Shown in pieces: positions 30,080 through 40,715 of a stretch of DNA of 64,000 nucleotides. A program made the position numbers and the translations under genes. This stretch comes from a virus (Duplodnaviria; Caudoviricetes): positions 23,099-87,098 of IMG/VR virus record IMGVR_UViG_3300011448_000001. The stretch is one strand, 5' to 3'. Every line of letters starts with the position of its first letter. Position 1 is the first letter of the stretch. The notes below the pieces were generated by a model. It worked only from the letters and a program-made list of their open reading frames with translations, had not been told where the DNA came from and ran no database searches.

Positions 30080-32060
30080 GCTAAGGAGGTTAGGATGGAG
30101 ATGTATTTAAAAGCTTTGCGCTTTATACATTCTCCTGCCTAGCTGCCATGTCATTTGAGTGCGTTAAGAGAGTCTCATTAGCTCAGGCACGAAAAAATAT
30201 CAAAACTTGATCCAAGAATATGTTAGCTTACCATGTAAGTGAGATACACAAAAGGTAGGATGGAAGACATTGAAATGTGAAAAATTTTAATGTATTAGGG
30301 ATAGCGTTTGTATTTCAACCCTAACATTTAGTATATGAGAACCGTCTGGCGATATACTATCTAAGAAAAACGCGTAAGTCTTCAGAAGAAGCAAAATGAA
30401 ACCGTATCGGAAATCTATATAATGAGGTATAAGTATAGAAGAACGAAACACGAGTTGCAAATCATCATATTCCATACATGATGATATACCTTAAATCGCT
30501 TATGTAGTGTTCCACAGCTCCAAACTGTGTAAGAAGGCAGAAAATACCTAAAAGTAATAGATAAAGAACAGAGACTGTAAGAATCTACTTACAGCTATAT
30601 CGTAAATATAGTACTTAAACTTAATCCTTGCCGTTAGATTCGGCACAACTCAGTTGAATGGGTGGCAGTGATCAGGTATAGTGTATGTTGAAAATGTTGC
30701 TCACTATTATGAAATAAGTGACCGCCAGCCCTTGGTCGTTCATGCGGGATATAAAAGTAGAATGACAAGATCGAGAAGGTACTCGATGTAGGACGAACCC
30801 TACAGTTTCAAAGAGTGTACTAAAACACTGATTGGAAGATAAGTAAGAGAAGATTAGCGAATCTCAAACTTTGAATTAAGAAATGGTGACTCCATGACAG
30901 TCAAAAATAAAAATATAACTAATGCATTCGAGGTATATCATTCCAGATATTACGGACCTGCTTAGTTCTCTATTATGTTGCAACTTATATGAAATACGCC
31001 TCCGAATTAGAAAGGTTGTAGTGAAATACACGATTCGTGAACTATTCGATGCCACGATGGTCGTCCTGCTATTAGAGATATAAGTATGAATATAATGACA
31101 TCATAGGAGATGGTTTTAGTAATTTTCCATTCAAAAAAATCTTAGGAGTAGTAAGCCTAAAAACCAAGTTATTAACAAAATTATATATTCGGTTCGATTT
31201 CTGTATATTCTAACGCATATTGTAGATGTGAAATATATGGTAAACCAAAAGGATATATGAGTGCCAACCGTTATGAGCAAAAGGTTGTATCAAGTAAACT
31301 AAATGACAGCAAATCTTTAGGTAAATTGAACAATGCAGCTATACTATTACACATACTCGTCCATACTGTCTCTATGGAGGAGGGTGCGGAATCTCAGTGT
31401 AAAAGCGTATGAGTAAAGCTATGTGATGTACTCGGTTAGAATCCGACTTATTCGTGCACTATAAACAAAAAAAGACCTCGAAAAGGCTACAATGGGTGTC
31501 TTGAAAAATTAGACAATTGTAAAAACTCAGTAAAGAGTAAATCCGACAAATCAATGAAACCTCTGAAGTGGAGATATTGTCGTTAATTAACGTACTCCTC
31601 ACGTTTGTACAAAAAGTAGGAAAAGTAGTTTTGATTGATTGTTCTTTTACTACAAAAATACCTTACGTCGAAATAATAAGAACAGGGGTAGCTTTGCCTA
31701 ATTCGGTATCGCAAGACCGGATAACAAAAGCAACATACTATAATCTACTCAGCACTGGAACTCTCCGCGATGCTTGGACACATCAGAGCCTTTGACGGTA
31801 GATTAGGTATACAAAATTTACACAAAAATTTATAGTAAGCTAAAGTAGTTGGTCACTTGAATGTGAAATACACAGAAACACGTTTGTAATTTTTATACTC
31901 TGACGCGCAGCCATAAGTCGTGGACGACGAGTACAAAAAACGAGCTCTCATAAGCACGCTTGAACGTAATTGTATTAGATAACAACGAAAGAATAGCAAC
32001 GACAACAAACAAACCCAATATGGCGTCGGGGAACGGCCTTACTGTTCCCCGCATTTTAAT
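30080..32060 (+). ncRNA. Candidate large structured non-coding RNA region (about 2 kb)
   Basis: No credible gene; at least a dozen stem-loops; closed by a 10-bp GC-rich hairpin at 32027-32051. Confidence 0.45.
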
Positions 32061-32105
32061 AACTTTCGTGGTGAATCAATCGCGAAATCAAAAAGGAAAA
32101 TTATT

Positions 32106-32717
32106 ATGACAGAAGTAAATGTAAAAATCCAGGAAAAGAGCCGCAAAGTAATTGCAGCATACGGTCAGGTATTCGGCCATCAGTTATTCACTGTACGTCA
32201 GTGTAATGTAGATAACAAGTATTATGACAAGAAGAACAATGCTGCAGATACAGGTATGCTCGTTCCACATCGCCCGATTCGTCGATACAAAACTCAGCGA
32301 ATCGATGTAACATCTTTACGGCTTCGTAAGGATATTGATGGTACTCTTACCATTGTAATTAACGAGTCACTTAAAGACGATAATGGCAACAGCCTTGAGA
32401 TTATCCGTCCTATCGAGATGCCTAAGTTCAACGTAGAACCTACTACAGAGAACATTCAGAAGGCTATTGAGGCTAATACAAGCGGTTCTGGTGAGCCATT
32501 GTATTTCAGTGACATTAACAAGCTTACTGAAGCTGTTAACCGCGCAAACACAAACGAGATGTTACGGGCTAAGAATCTCCTGGAGGACATCGAAGGACAG
32601 ATTCGCTGCATAGAACAGACAATTGAGAAGGATACTCGATATGCTATTGAGTATCGTAAGGCTCTCGGCGAGACTGACGATGTTACAATTAACACAACCG
32701 TTAAAGTTGAGGTATAA
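32106..32717 (+). CDS. Hypothetical protein (203 aa)
   Basis: Intact ORF with a C-terminal coiled coil. Confidence 0.8.
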   Translation: MTEVNVKIQEKSRKVIAAYGQVFGHQLFTVRQCNVDNKYYDKKNNAADTGMLVPHRPIRRYKTQRIDVTSLRLRKDIDGTLTIVINESLKDDNGNSLEIIRPIEMPKFNVEPTTENIQKAIEANTSGSGEPLYFSDINKLTEAVNRANTNEMLRAKNLLEDIEGQIRCIEQTIEKDTRYAIEYRKALGETDDVTINTTVKVEV

Positions 32718-32719
32718 TT

Positions 32720-33295
32720 ATGGCAAATCGTCTGACACAAGCAGACGCATTGATTGTAAGATATTTGCTTGAAGACCCACTAATAAGGAGTGTTCTTGTA
32801 GATAACTCTAAAAAAGAAGTATTCAAACGCATCGATATAAATACAGACGGTTCAATCACGCTAGGGAAGACCTCCATTAAGTGGTGGAATCGACTGCTTA
32901 ACGATGAAAAGAATATTTCTTTCAATGAGTTTGCTTTAAAAGTCACCGATAAAATATCGGGACAGAAAAACAACACAAATGAGAAATTACTTAATGGGTT
33001 ACTTGAGGTTATTGCCAAAAAAGGTATAAAAAATCAGGATTATTCATATGTAATCGATCAGTTGTTAATAGCAGCAAAGTTCGGAATGGACGGTCCGCTT
33101 AAATGTAAATGTATGGATCTTAATAATAATGACAGAGACCCTGTAGAAAATAATAAAGGTCCACGCATTCGCAAAGCAAACTTACAAGGTCGTTCTGAAC
33201 GAATTCCCTTGAAATTTAGTCTCAATCCTTTTGGTGAGACAATAGATATAAATGCTCGATTAGTTATTGATGAAGATGGCTATGTAGAGCAATAG
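32720..33295 (+). CDS. Hypothetical protein (ends in TAG)
   Basis: 191-aa ORF; TAG-TAC-GCA-GCA-TAA. Confidence 0.75.
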   Translation: MANRLTQADALIVRYLLEDPLIRSVLVDNSKKEVFKRIDINTDGSITLGKTSIKWWNRLLNDEKNISFNEFALKVTDKISGQKNNTNEKLLNGLLEVIAKKGIKNQDYSYVIDQLLIAAKFGMDGPLKCKCMDLNNNDRDPVENNKGPRIRKANLQGRSERIPLKFSLNPFGETIDINARLVIDEDGYVEQ

Positions 33296-33361
33296 TACGC
33301 AGCATAAGAAGATGTATAATAATGAGAAACCCTCATAACAAAAATACATCTTCTTATACAC

Positions 33362-33417
33362 ACCTCCTAATGGCAAACAATGACCTTGTTTGGTAGGTTC
33401 GATTCCTACAGGAGGAA
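33362..33417 (+). ncRNA. Mini-tRNA-like element D
   Basis: CCTCCT/AGGAGG acceptor-like stem, AATGG, hairpin CAAACAA-TGACC-TTGTTTG, T-arm GTAGG-TTCGATT-CCTAC. Confidence 0.6.
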
Positions 33418-33471
33418 CTAGGTAAACGAGTCTCAAATTCGTATGTTTAATCAATAAAAATTGTATAATAT

Positions 33472-34023
33472 ATGAATAAGAATAAGACTACATTTAAATC
33501 AAACGACATTATTAATACTCGTGATAACATTAGTAAGAAGATTTCTTCTTATTGGAAGACAATTGAGGCTACAAACCTTATGTCTAATAAAGCAGTATCT
33601 TCAGGTATGCGTAAGTATGATCTGAAGGAGTTATATAACCAGATTACGCAGCTTGCTATTCATCGAGTAAAGTCAAAGCTCTTGCTTAATGCTATTAATA
33701 GCGGAATTAAGTCATTTACATTTAACGGTATTGAGAAGACTCATTACTATAAAATTTATATGCTTAATGAACTTCAGGAGCAGAAAGTACACATGATGAT
33801 CATTCAGTCTAAGCATACTATCAACCCTTCTGCAAAGGCAAAGGCCGGAAAGAAGGGAACTGGAAAGAACGAGATATTTAGTCATGCAAAGGCTGGTTCT
33901 ATAATCAACAATCTATCTATTAAAATAGAGGCGTTAAAAGCAGATATTAAGAAGTTTAACGATGATGCTACAATTGACATTGACACAACAAATGACAATT
34001 TTAAGCTTGAAATTTCAGCATAA
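33472..34023 (+). CDS. Hypothetical protein
   Basis: 183-aa ORF. Confidence 0.8.
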   Translation: MNKNKTTFKSNDIINTRDNISKKISSYWKTIEATNLMSNKAVSSGMRKYDLKELYNQITQLAIHRVKSKLLLNAINSGIKSFTFNGIEKTHYYKIYMLNELQEQKVHMMIIQSKHTINPSAKAKAGKKGTGKNEIFSHAKAGSIINNLSIKIEALKADIKKFNDDATIDIDTTNDNFKLEISA

Positions 34024-34165
34024 AACTTCTATGGCACGTATGGTTACGGTATATTATTATATACTTTTCGATCGTTACGAAAGTGTCAACCAATAGAATT
34101 CATTTCCATCCAACGAGAGAATAATGAATCAATAAATTTTGTTTAACTTTTAAAACATAATCAAT

Positions 34166-35041
34166 ATGAAGATAATAATCATAAATAGAAGAAAGAATCA
34201 TAGACTTTACAAGATTAATCCTGTAAATAGAGTATTGAAACTTAGCAAAGGTCTTAGACACGCTATTAAGAAAAATGGTGAGAAGGTGTCAATTCCAACC
34301 GAAATTACATATTATAGTGTGATTAAGAAAGCTAAAAATTCTACTATTAAAGAAATCTATAATAACTGGGTTAAAGAAAAGAGCGGTTCACACCCTCAGC
34401 CGAAATCATACTATTTTAATAATGAGGAATATAAACTTGTTAATAAAAAAACAGTTAAGTCAAGCGTAAAAGTTAACAAGAAGATGCAATATCTTCAGAA
34501 ACTTGCTTGGTATAAGATGGAAAAGTGGGATAAGAATAATCCTACACCGATACCACCAGAGAGTATGAAACCTGCTGACAAGATAGCGCTTGTAGAACAT
34601 CACAAGAAGTTACGTCGCGACACATATTCAAGGATTTGTACAAATCTGCTAATTATATATAATAAAAAGCAGGCAAAAACATATTATCAGGTATCAATAA
34701 CAAAACAGGATCCGTCTTATCCATTTACAAAAATAGTAACAGTTTATTCTAAGAACCACGAGTCGTTGAATAAAGCTGAAACCGATTTTGTAAACAAAAC
34801 GTTAAATTATATGACAAACAAAGATAAATCTTACGATAATGACTATCGTAGAACAGATTTATATAAGATTTCGGTACAAAACGGAGTTATAACAAAACAA
34901 TTGTTAGATTTCCACACAACAAGACGACCTTCTAGATTAATGTACGAACATCAATATAAGAACTTCGTAAAGAACCTAAAGGTTCATATTGCTGGAAATA
35001 TAACAGTACCGTTTAAGTTTGAATATGCAAACGCAGCATAA
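34166..35041 (+). CDS. Lys-rich hypothetical protein
   Basis: 291-aa ORF. Confidence 0.75.
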   Translation: MKIIIINRRKNHRLYKINPVNRVLKLSKGLRHAIKKNGEKVSIPTEITYYSVIKKAKNSTIKEIYNNWVKEKSGSHPQPKSYYFNNEEYKLVNKKTVKSSVKVNKKMQYLQKLAWYKMEKWDKNNPTPIPPESMKPADKIALVEHHKKLRRDTYSRICTNLLIIYNKKQAKTYYQVSITKQDPSYPFTKIVTVYSKNHESLNKAETDFVNKTLNYMTNKDKSYDNDYRRTDLYKISVQNGVITKQLLDFHTTRRPSRLMYEHQYKNFVKNLKVHIAGNITVPFKFEYANAA

Positions 35042-35118
35042 ATTCAAACAGCTTCAATAGTTTAACATAAAACGCTTGTATAACAAGAAATATCAATTTA
35101 AATTTGATTTGAAGCACT

Positions 35119-37020
35119 ATGAAACTCAAGAATAAAAATCTACATGTATATGATGTAGAAATTTTCCCAAATTGTTTTCACATAACTTCAAAAGATACAG
35201 AAAACAATAAAATATACAAATTTGAGGTATCTTGTAGAAAATTTGAATTAGACAAAATATGTGACTATTTTAAAAGTGACGCCATTTTTGTAGGATATAA
35301 TAATCATCATTATGATGATTTATTTATAAATTACATAATGGAATATCGAGATAGTATGATTCATCTAAGCTATTGGGATATTTGTAAGTCCTTATTTAAT
35401 ATGTCACAGCTCATTATTAAAGAAAACGATGAGCCAAGTTACCTATTAAAACACTTCAAATATGCTCATTATTTTAAATCTATTGATTTACTTTCAATGT
35501 TAGCAAGTAAGAAATTACGTGTAGGATTGAAAGAAATGCAGCTTACAATGCATTATCAGAATGTATACGAATATGAAGGAGACTTTACATCGTATATTAA
35601 TGAAAATGATATAGATACTATGATTGAGTATAACATAAACGATGTACTTTCAACAGAGGAACTCCTCAACCGCTGTAAAAAGGATTTGGAAGTACGCGAA
35701 TGGATAGAGGAAGAATATGGTATTAATGCCTATTCAATGGATGGTGTAAAAATTGGAGAAACATTACTTGAAACTTTCTACATAAAAGAAACAAAAATTC
35801 CTAAGAAAGTATTAGAGTCAATGCGTTCTCCAATGGATATGATTCCTTTAAAGGATGTAATATTACCATTCATAAAATTTGAGAACCCAAAACTCAAAGA
35901 AATTTTAGAAGATATGAAATCGCGTGTTGTATCTTCTAAAGAAAGAAAAAGCTATGAGAAGCAGTTTGTGCTCTCAAATGTGGAATATTCGGTAGGTATA
36001 GGTGGAATCCATAGTCTACACAAACCGGAGATTTTCAGACCTAAAAATGATGAAATAATTGGGCATGCAGACGTAACAAGTATGTATCCTAGTTTATTAA
36101 TAAAACATCATTTACAACCAAAACATTTAGGTGAAAAATTTCGCAAGATGTATGAAAATATATACAACCAACGTGTTGATGCGAAACATAACGGGCAGAA
36201 GTTTAAAAATGAAACGTTAAAACTGACATTAAACTCTGTAACAGGTAAAATGCAACAAGAAGTAAGCTGGATGTACGACCCATTCAATGTCTTTCGTATT
36301 CGTATTAACGGTCAATTGATATTGTTGATGTTAGTTGAACGCCTATTAAATATTGACTGTAAGATAGTACAAGTCAATACTGATGGTGTAATGTACATTT
36401 GTAAAAAGTCAAATCAGAATGCAGTCCAAGATGCTATTCATGATGTCGAAAACATCACACAGCTTAATTTTGAAGTAGGATGTTATGAAGCGTTTTTTCA
36501 GTACGCAGGAAACGATTATTTTGGGATACTCGAAGGTTATGGACTATCACATGACCCAAAACTGATAGAAAAGAAAGGAATGTTTATAGATGAAACTAAA
36601 TTAGGTAAAGGGTTAGCTCCGACTATTATACCTAAAGCAGTAATGAATTATTTCATTAACAACATTCCTGTAGAACAGACAATAACTACTTGCACTGATA
36701 TACGTGAATTCTTTATAGGACAACGTGTATCAAAGGATTTTAAAGTTGAATACAAAGACAAACGTATACAACGAATAAATAGATTCTATGCAAGTACTAA
36801 TGGAGCATATCTATATAAATATAAAGAAAACAATGACGGTACAAGACAGTATTTTAATATGCTGACTAAATCTGGTGTAACAATTATGAATAAGTTAGAT
36901 AACTTAGACATAAAAAATAAAAATATAAATTACCGGTATTATATATCGGAGGCAAATAAAATTATAACAGAATTACGTACCGTTCAACTTGATCTATTTA
37001 ATCAATTCGGTAACCTTTGA
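35119..37020 (+). CDS. polB: Family B DNA polymerase with 3'-5' exonuclease
   Basis: Exo YDVEIF, GYNNHHYD, YNINDV; pol ADVTSMYPS, KLTLNSVTGK, VNTDG. Confidence 0.93.
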   Translation: MKLKNKNLHVYDVEIFPNCFHITSKDTENNKIYKFEVSCRKFELDKICDYFKSDAIFVGYNNHHYDDLFINYIMEYRDSMIHLSYWDICKSLFNMSQLIIKENDEPSYLLKHFKYAHYFKSIDLLSMLASKKLRVGLKEMQLTMHYQNVYEYEGDFTSYINENDIDTMIEYNINDVLSTEELLNRCKKDLEVREWIEEEYGINAYSMDGVKIGETLLETFYIKETKIPKKVLESMRSPMDMIPLKDVILPFIKFENPKLKEILEDMKSRVVSSKERKSYEKQFVLSNVEYSVGIGGIHSLHKPEIFRPKNDEIIGHADVTSMYPSLLIKHHLQPKHLGEKFRKMYENIYNQRVDAKHNGQKFKNETLKLTLNSVTGKMQQEVSWMYDPFNVFRIRINGQLILLMLVERLLNIDCKIVQVNTDGVMYICKKSNQNAVQDAIHDVENITQLNFEVGCYEAFFQYAGNDYFGILEGYGLSHDPKLIEKKGMFIDETKLGKGLAPTIIPKAVMNYFINNIPVEQTITTCTDIREFFIGQRVSKDFKVEYKDKRIQRINRFYASTNGAYLYKYKENNDGTRQYFNMLTKSGVTIMNKLDNLDIKNKNINYRYYISEANKIITELRTVQLDLFNQFGNL

Positions 37021-37029
37021 GTATAAGAA

Positions 37030-37590
37030 ATGATAATAGAAGTAAACACCAAGCTCTTCGGAGCTGCAGAAAAAATCAATTCAAATCAATTATTATTCCT
37101 AAGTTTGCTATTGGATAGAAATCAGAAAAGTAATCAAGACGTCCGCATGTTAGTCAGCCAAATGCAAGACGACGAAATAGCATACTTACTTGAACAGAAT
37201 CTCGTAGAGTCAATAGAGAGACCTCATGGAATACATTATTTACCGACCGAAAAGCTTAAAGACTTTATCAAACCTGATAAAGATTACTTCGATCTGTTTT
37301 TTAATATGTATCCTGTATATGTAACACGACCAGACGGTACAAAGTCATACTTACGAACCAACGTAAATAAGTGCAAAGTAATGTACAAAAATATAGTCAA
37401 TAATAGCGAACTAATGGCAATTCATATAAATGATTGTTTAAAATTTGAAATAGAAAAAAAGACTAAAGTTGGTAAAATAGGTTACATGAAAACTATGTGG
37501 CGATGGTTAGTAGATCATACATGGGAAGAATCTGAACAAGAGATGTTAGATAACCAACAAACAGATGCATATGGACAAGATATCATATAA
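37030..37590 (+). CDS. Hypothetical replication protein upstream of the helicase
   Basis: Position between polB and dnaB; function not recognised. Confidence 0.6.
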   Translation: MIIEVNTKLFGAAEKINSNQLLFLSLLLDRNQKSNQDVRMLVSQMQDDEIAYLLEQNLVESIERPHGIHYLPTEKLKDFIKPDKDYFDLFFNMYPVYVTRPDGTKSYLRTNVNKCKVMYKNIVNNSELMAIHINDCLKFEIEKKTKVGKIGYMKTMWRWLVDHTWEESEQEMLDNQQTDAYGQDII

Positions 37591-38500
37591 TCTAAGCATA
37601 CGTCCAATGTCTGTTGTAGTAGATGAAGCAATAACATATATAGAAGGTAGAAAAACTAAAAATATAACTTCATTAACTACACGTTGGAATAAGTTTAACA
37701 ATGTGTGTATGGGTGGTATTGAACCAAATACTATATACACAATATCTGGAATTTCTGGTAGTGGTAAAAGTTCCTTTGCGAACCTAATCACATCAGATAT
37801 AATTGATTTGAATAAAAAAGAACAAATAGTTATACTTGTGTTCTCATTAGAAATGGTTGGATTTAGGCAAATTGGAAGAACGTTATCAAATAAGCTCAAG
37901 ATTACGACTTCTGATTTGTATAGTGCGAATAGCGACCTCGATGACAGTACTCTGAAAAAAGTTATCGATGTTTCCAATCAGCTGAGAGATTACCCTATCT
38001 ACTTTGTAGATACACCAGGAACTCCAGCACAAGTAGAAGCTACAATAAGGAGTTTTTATGACGAGTTTGTAAAAAATAAAAAATGTCACTTTGTTATATT
38101 TTACGATCATACTCTTTTAACAAAGAAAATTGGTAGTACAATAGACACTGTGTCAGAACTTGAAAACGCTTTTATTGGGATAAAAAAATTGCCTAAAACT
38201 AGCATAATTCAAATATCTCAATTAAATCGTAATATAGAAGCTCCAGAACGTATAAACAATCCATCATCGCATTATCCAATGCGTAGTGACTTGTCTTCAT
38301 CAGATGCTATGTTTCAAGCAAGCGATTATGTATTCGTCATACACAGACCAGAACTATTACAAATAATGGAATATGGTCCAAATCGTTTACCTACAAAAAA
38401 CAAGATTTATATGCATCTATTAAAAAATAGAGATGCTGGAAAACCTTGTATCCTAGAATTTGAGAATGACTTAGCACATAATAACTTCATAGAGACATAA
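37565..38500 (+). CDS. dnaB: DnaB-like replicative helicase (RecA-fold domain)
   Basis: SGISGSGKSS Walker A, FSLEM, IFYDH, ISQLNR, DLSSSDAMFQASD. Confidence 0.88.
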   Translation: MHMDKISYNLSIRPMSVVVDEAITYIEGRKTKNITSLTTRWNKFNNVCMGGIEPNTIYTISGISGSGKSSFANLITSDIIDLNKKEQIVILVFSLEMVGFRQIGRTLSNKLKITTSDLYSANSDLDDSTLKKVIDVSNQLRDYPIYFVDTPGTPAQVEATIRSFYDEFVKNKKCHFVIFYDHTLLTKKIGSTIDTVSELENAFIGIKKLPKTSIIQISQLNRNIEAPERINNPSSHYPMRSDLSSSDAMFQASDYVFVIHRPELLQIMEYGPNRLPTKNKIYMHLLKNRDAGKPCILEFENDLAHNNFIET

Positions 38501-38532
38501 TCTGTGAAGATATAATAGAAAGGCTGACAATT

Positions 38533-38985
38533 ATGAAGACATACATTTTTAAGAGTACAACAAACAATACAAGTAATAATCCTACAAAGAGCAATAGTGC
38601 ACAGAACATCATGAATAAGGAGCTTGCTGAGAAGATTCTTAACTTTGCACCTTATTTAAACAAGAATACACCTAAGAAGGAAAAGAAAACAATTGAAATT
38701 CCTATTACATTTGATTTCTATGGAAAGACTACTATTCCAAGCTTCTTTAATAAGCATACAATGTCATTTGACGAGGCTTGCAAGATTATTCTTGGTTATA
38801 AGAATAACATGATTGAGAAGGATATTTACGACTTTGAGCTTCCGGATGGAACTCCGGTACGAATCTTTGATGATGAGATTCAGATTGGTTACGATCTGTT
38901 TGATCTCAACAATCTCTTTTACGAGGCAACTGAGCCTAAGAAGAAGCAGATTATCATCGATCTCGCAATTAAAATAAAGAAATAA
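38533..38985 (+). CDS. Hypothetical protein
   Basis: 150-aa ORF. Confidence 0.7.
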   Translation: MKTYIFKSTTNNTSNNPTKSNSAQNIMNKELAEKILNFAPYLNKNTPKKEKKTIEIPITFDFYGKTTIPSFFNKHTMSFDEACKIILGYKNNMIEKDIYDFELPDGTPVRIFDDEIQIGYDLFDLNNLFYEATEPKKKQIIIDLAIKIKK

Positions 38986-39011
38986 ACCAACAAATAATAG
39001 ACGTATAACGC

Positions 39012-39752
39012 ATGGAAGGTTTTATACTACCGACAAGCAAAATACCAGCGGTTTCTGTAAACCCAAAATTTCTAATACTGTACGGTCGACCTAAAGCAGG
39101 AAAGACTTCTGCAGTAGCACAATTAGAAAATAACCTAATCATAGACCTTGAAGGAGGATCTACATTTATAGATGCTATGGCTGTACAAGCCAGAAACATT
39201 AACGATCTCGGAAACATTGCTCAAGCAATTAGGCAAAAAAATGAAGAGGTTGGAAAAAGCTTTTATACTCACATAACAATAGATAACGCAACTCGTTTAG
39301 AAGAAATGTGCTTAGATTATGCAAAAATTCTTTATAAGAAAACACCATTAGGCAAAAAATATGATGGTGATGATATAAGAACACTTCCAAACGGTTCTGG
39401 TTATTTATACTTAAGACAAGCTGTTAGAAAAGTAATAGATATGTTTAAAGAACTATGTGATGAATTTATTCTAATTGGACATGTAAAAGATGTACAAATA
39501 GAACAAAATGGACAAGAACTGTCAGAAATGGCAATAGATCTTGTAGGAAAGCTTGGAGGAATAATATGTGGAGAATCCGATGCTGTTGGATATATTTACC
39601 GAAAAGGAAATGAAACTCATATAAGTTTCAAAGGTGGAGATGGAACTATTAAAGAAGCTCGTGCACCACACCTTAGAGGTCAAGATATCATAATAGCAAC
39701 AGGAAATGAAGATGGTACAATAACAACACATTGGGATAAAATATATAAGTAA
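39012..39752 (+). CDS. AAA/RecA-like ATPase (Sak4-like recombination protein)
   Basis: ILYGRPKAGKTS, IIDLEGG, ITIDNAT, ILIGH. Confidence 0.8.
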   Translation: MEGFILPTSKIPAVSVNPKFLILYGRPKAGKTSAVAQLENNLIIDLEGGSTFIDAMAVQARNINDLGNIAQAIRQKNEEVGKSFYTHITIDNATRLEEMCLDYAKILYKKTPLGKKYDGDDIRTLPNGSGYLYLRQAVRKVIDMFKELCDEFILIGHVKDVQIEQNGQELSEMAIDLVGKLGGIICGESDAVGYIYRKGNETHISFKGGDGTIKEARAPHLRGQDIIIATGNEDGTITTHWDKIYK

Positions 39753-39961
39753 TGAACAAAGAGTTAGAATTTTTAAAAGAGCTACAAGCCACTTTACAAA
39801 AAGCAAAAGAAATAAATGATGAATATAATGAGTATGTTTTTGATAATAAAATCAACGATACTACTGCATTTGAGAATACAGCAGATATAGATAAAATATT
39901 AACTTCTATTGAAAACCGTATATCTATCATTACTAAATCTATTGACAAAAATAAAGACTAA
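39752..39961 (+). CDS. Small coiled-coil hypothetical protein
   Basis: Coupled ORF. Confidence 0.55.
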   Translation: MNKELEFLKELQATLQKAKEINDEYNEYVFDNKINDTTAFENTADIDKILTSIENRISIITKSIDKNKD

Positions 39962-39978
39962 AACTAACAAACAGAACT

Positions 39979-40575
39979 ATGTATAATACAAAAAACGCTA
40001 TAAATAATAATGAGGAGTTTAATTCCTCATATATGCCAGTCGGTATAAATGAAAATATAACACTTAAGGAAATCACTGCCGAGAAATCTCCAACAGGTAA
40101 AGATTTCCTTCGTATAACATTCGAGAACGAGCAAGGACAAACTGCAGAGTTCACAGAATGGAAAAACGAAAAGAATCAGTGGATCACTACTGATGAAGAA
40201 CTTCAGAAACGTGATAATGCACAATTTGGTAAGATTTTATTACTGTTTGATTGTTTCTTTGAAACACGACCAGAAGTAGAACTTAACAGTTTTGCAGAAA
40301 TGATTAACTGGGTTAAGAACACTCTTACTCCATTTATTTCATTAAAGAAACCATTGCGTTTAAAAGTAATATATGACAATAAAGGATTCACACGAGTGTC
40401 TCCTAATGGAATATATGTAGAACCAATGAGCGTTAATCCATCGCAGATTAAATTATTCAAGAAAGATGCTCTTGAACGAATCGTAAAGGCTGATGTAGAG
40501 CCTAAAAACGACCCGCTTGCTGTAACAAGCACTCCGGTTACTGCAACAGATAACGCAAACGATTTACCTTTCTAA
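39979..40575 (+). CDS. Putative single-stranded DNA-binding protein
   Basis: Follows the Sak4-like gene and ends NDLPF, an SSB-type acidic tip. Confidence 0.6.
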   Translation: MYNTKNAINNNEEFNSSYMPVGINENITLKEITAEKSPTGKDFLRITFENEQGQTAEFTEWKNEKNQWITTDEELQKRDNAQFGKILLLFDCFFETRPEVELNSFAEMINWVKNTLTPFISLKKPLRLKVIYDNKGFTRVSPNGIYVEPMSVNPSQIKLFKKDALERIVKADVEPKNDPLAVTSTPVTATDNANDLPF

Positions 40576-40637
40576 CAAAAAGGTAATGGTGGAACGGCTG
40601 TTCCAACAGCCCCGGGGGAGATTATTCTCCCCCTTAT

Positions 40638-40709
40638 GGTCCGTTCGTCTATCGGTTAGGACGAGAGATTTTCATTCTCTAAAGAGGAGTTCGATTCTCC
40701 TACGGACTA
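40638..40709 (+). tRNA. trnE: tRNA-Glu(TTC)
   Basis: GGTCCGT/ACGGACT acceptor, CGTC-TATCGGTTAG-GACG D-arm, AGAGA-TTTTCAT-TCTCT, AGGAG-TTCGATT-CTCCT. Confidence 0.92.
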
Positions 40710-40715
40710 CTAACG

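Noticed and set aside
31430-31455. RNase P RNA (TAGAATCCGACTTAT resembles the P4 3' strand)
   Set aside because: No upstream GAGGAAAGUC-type partner; the CCGA pairs locally with TCGG.
30080-32060. Group I or group II intron
   Set aside because: No recognisable P7 or domain V motif, and the flanking genes are complete rather than split.
40190-40210. Second hammerhead (CTGATGA...GAAAC)
   Set aside because: Lies inside a coding region (TDEELQK) and lacks stems I and III.
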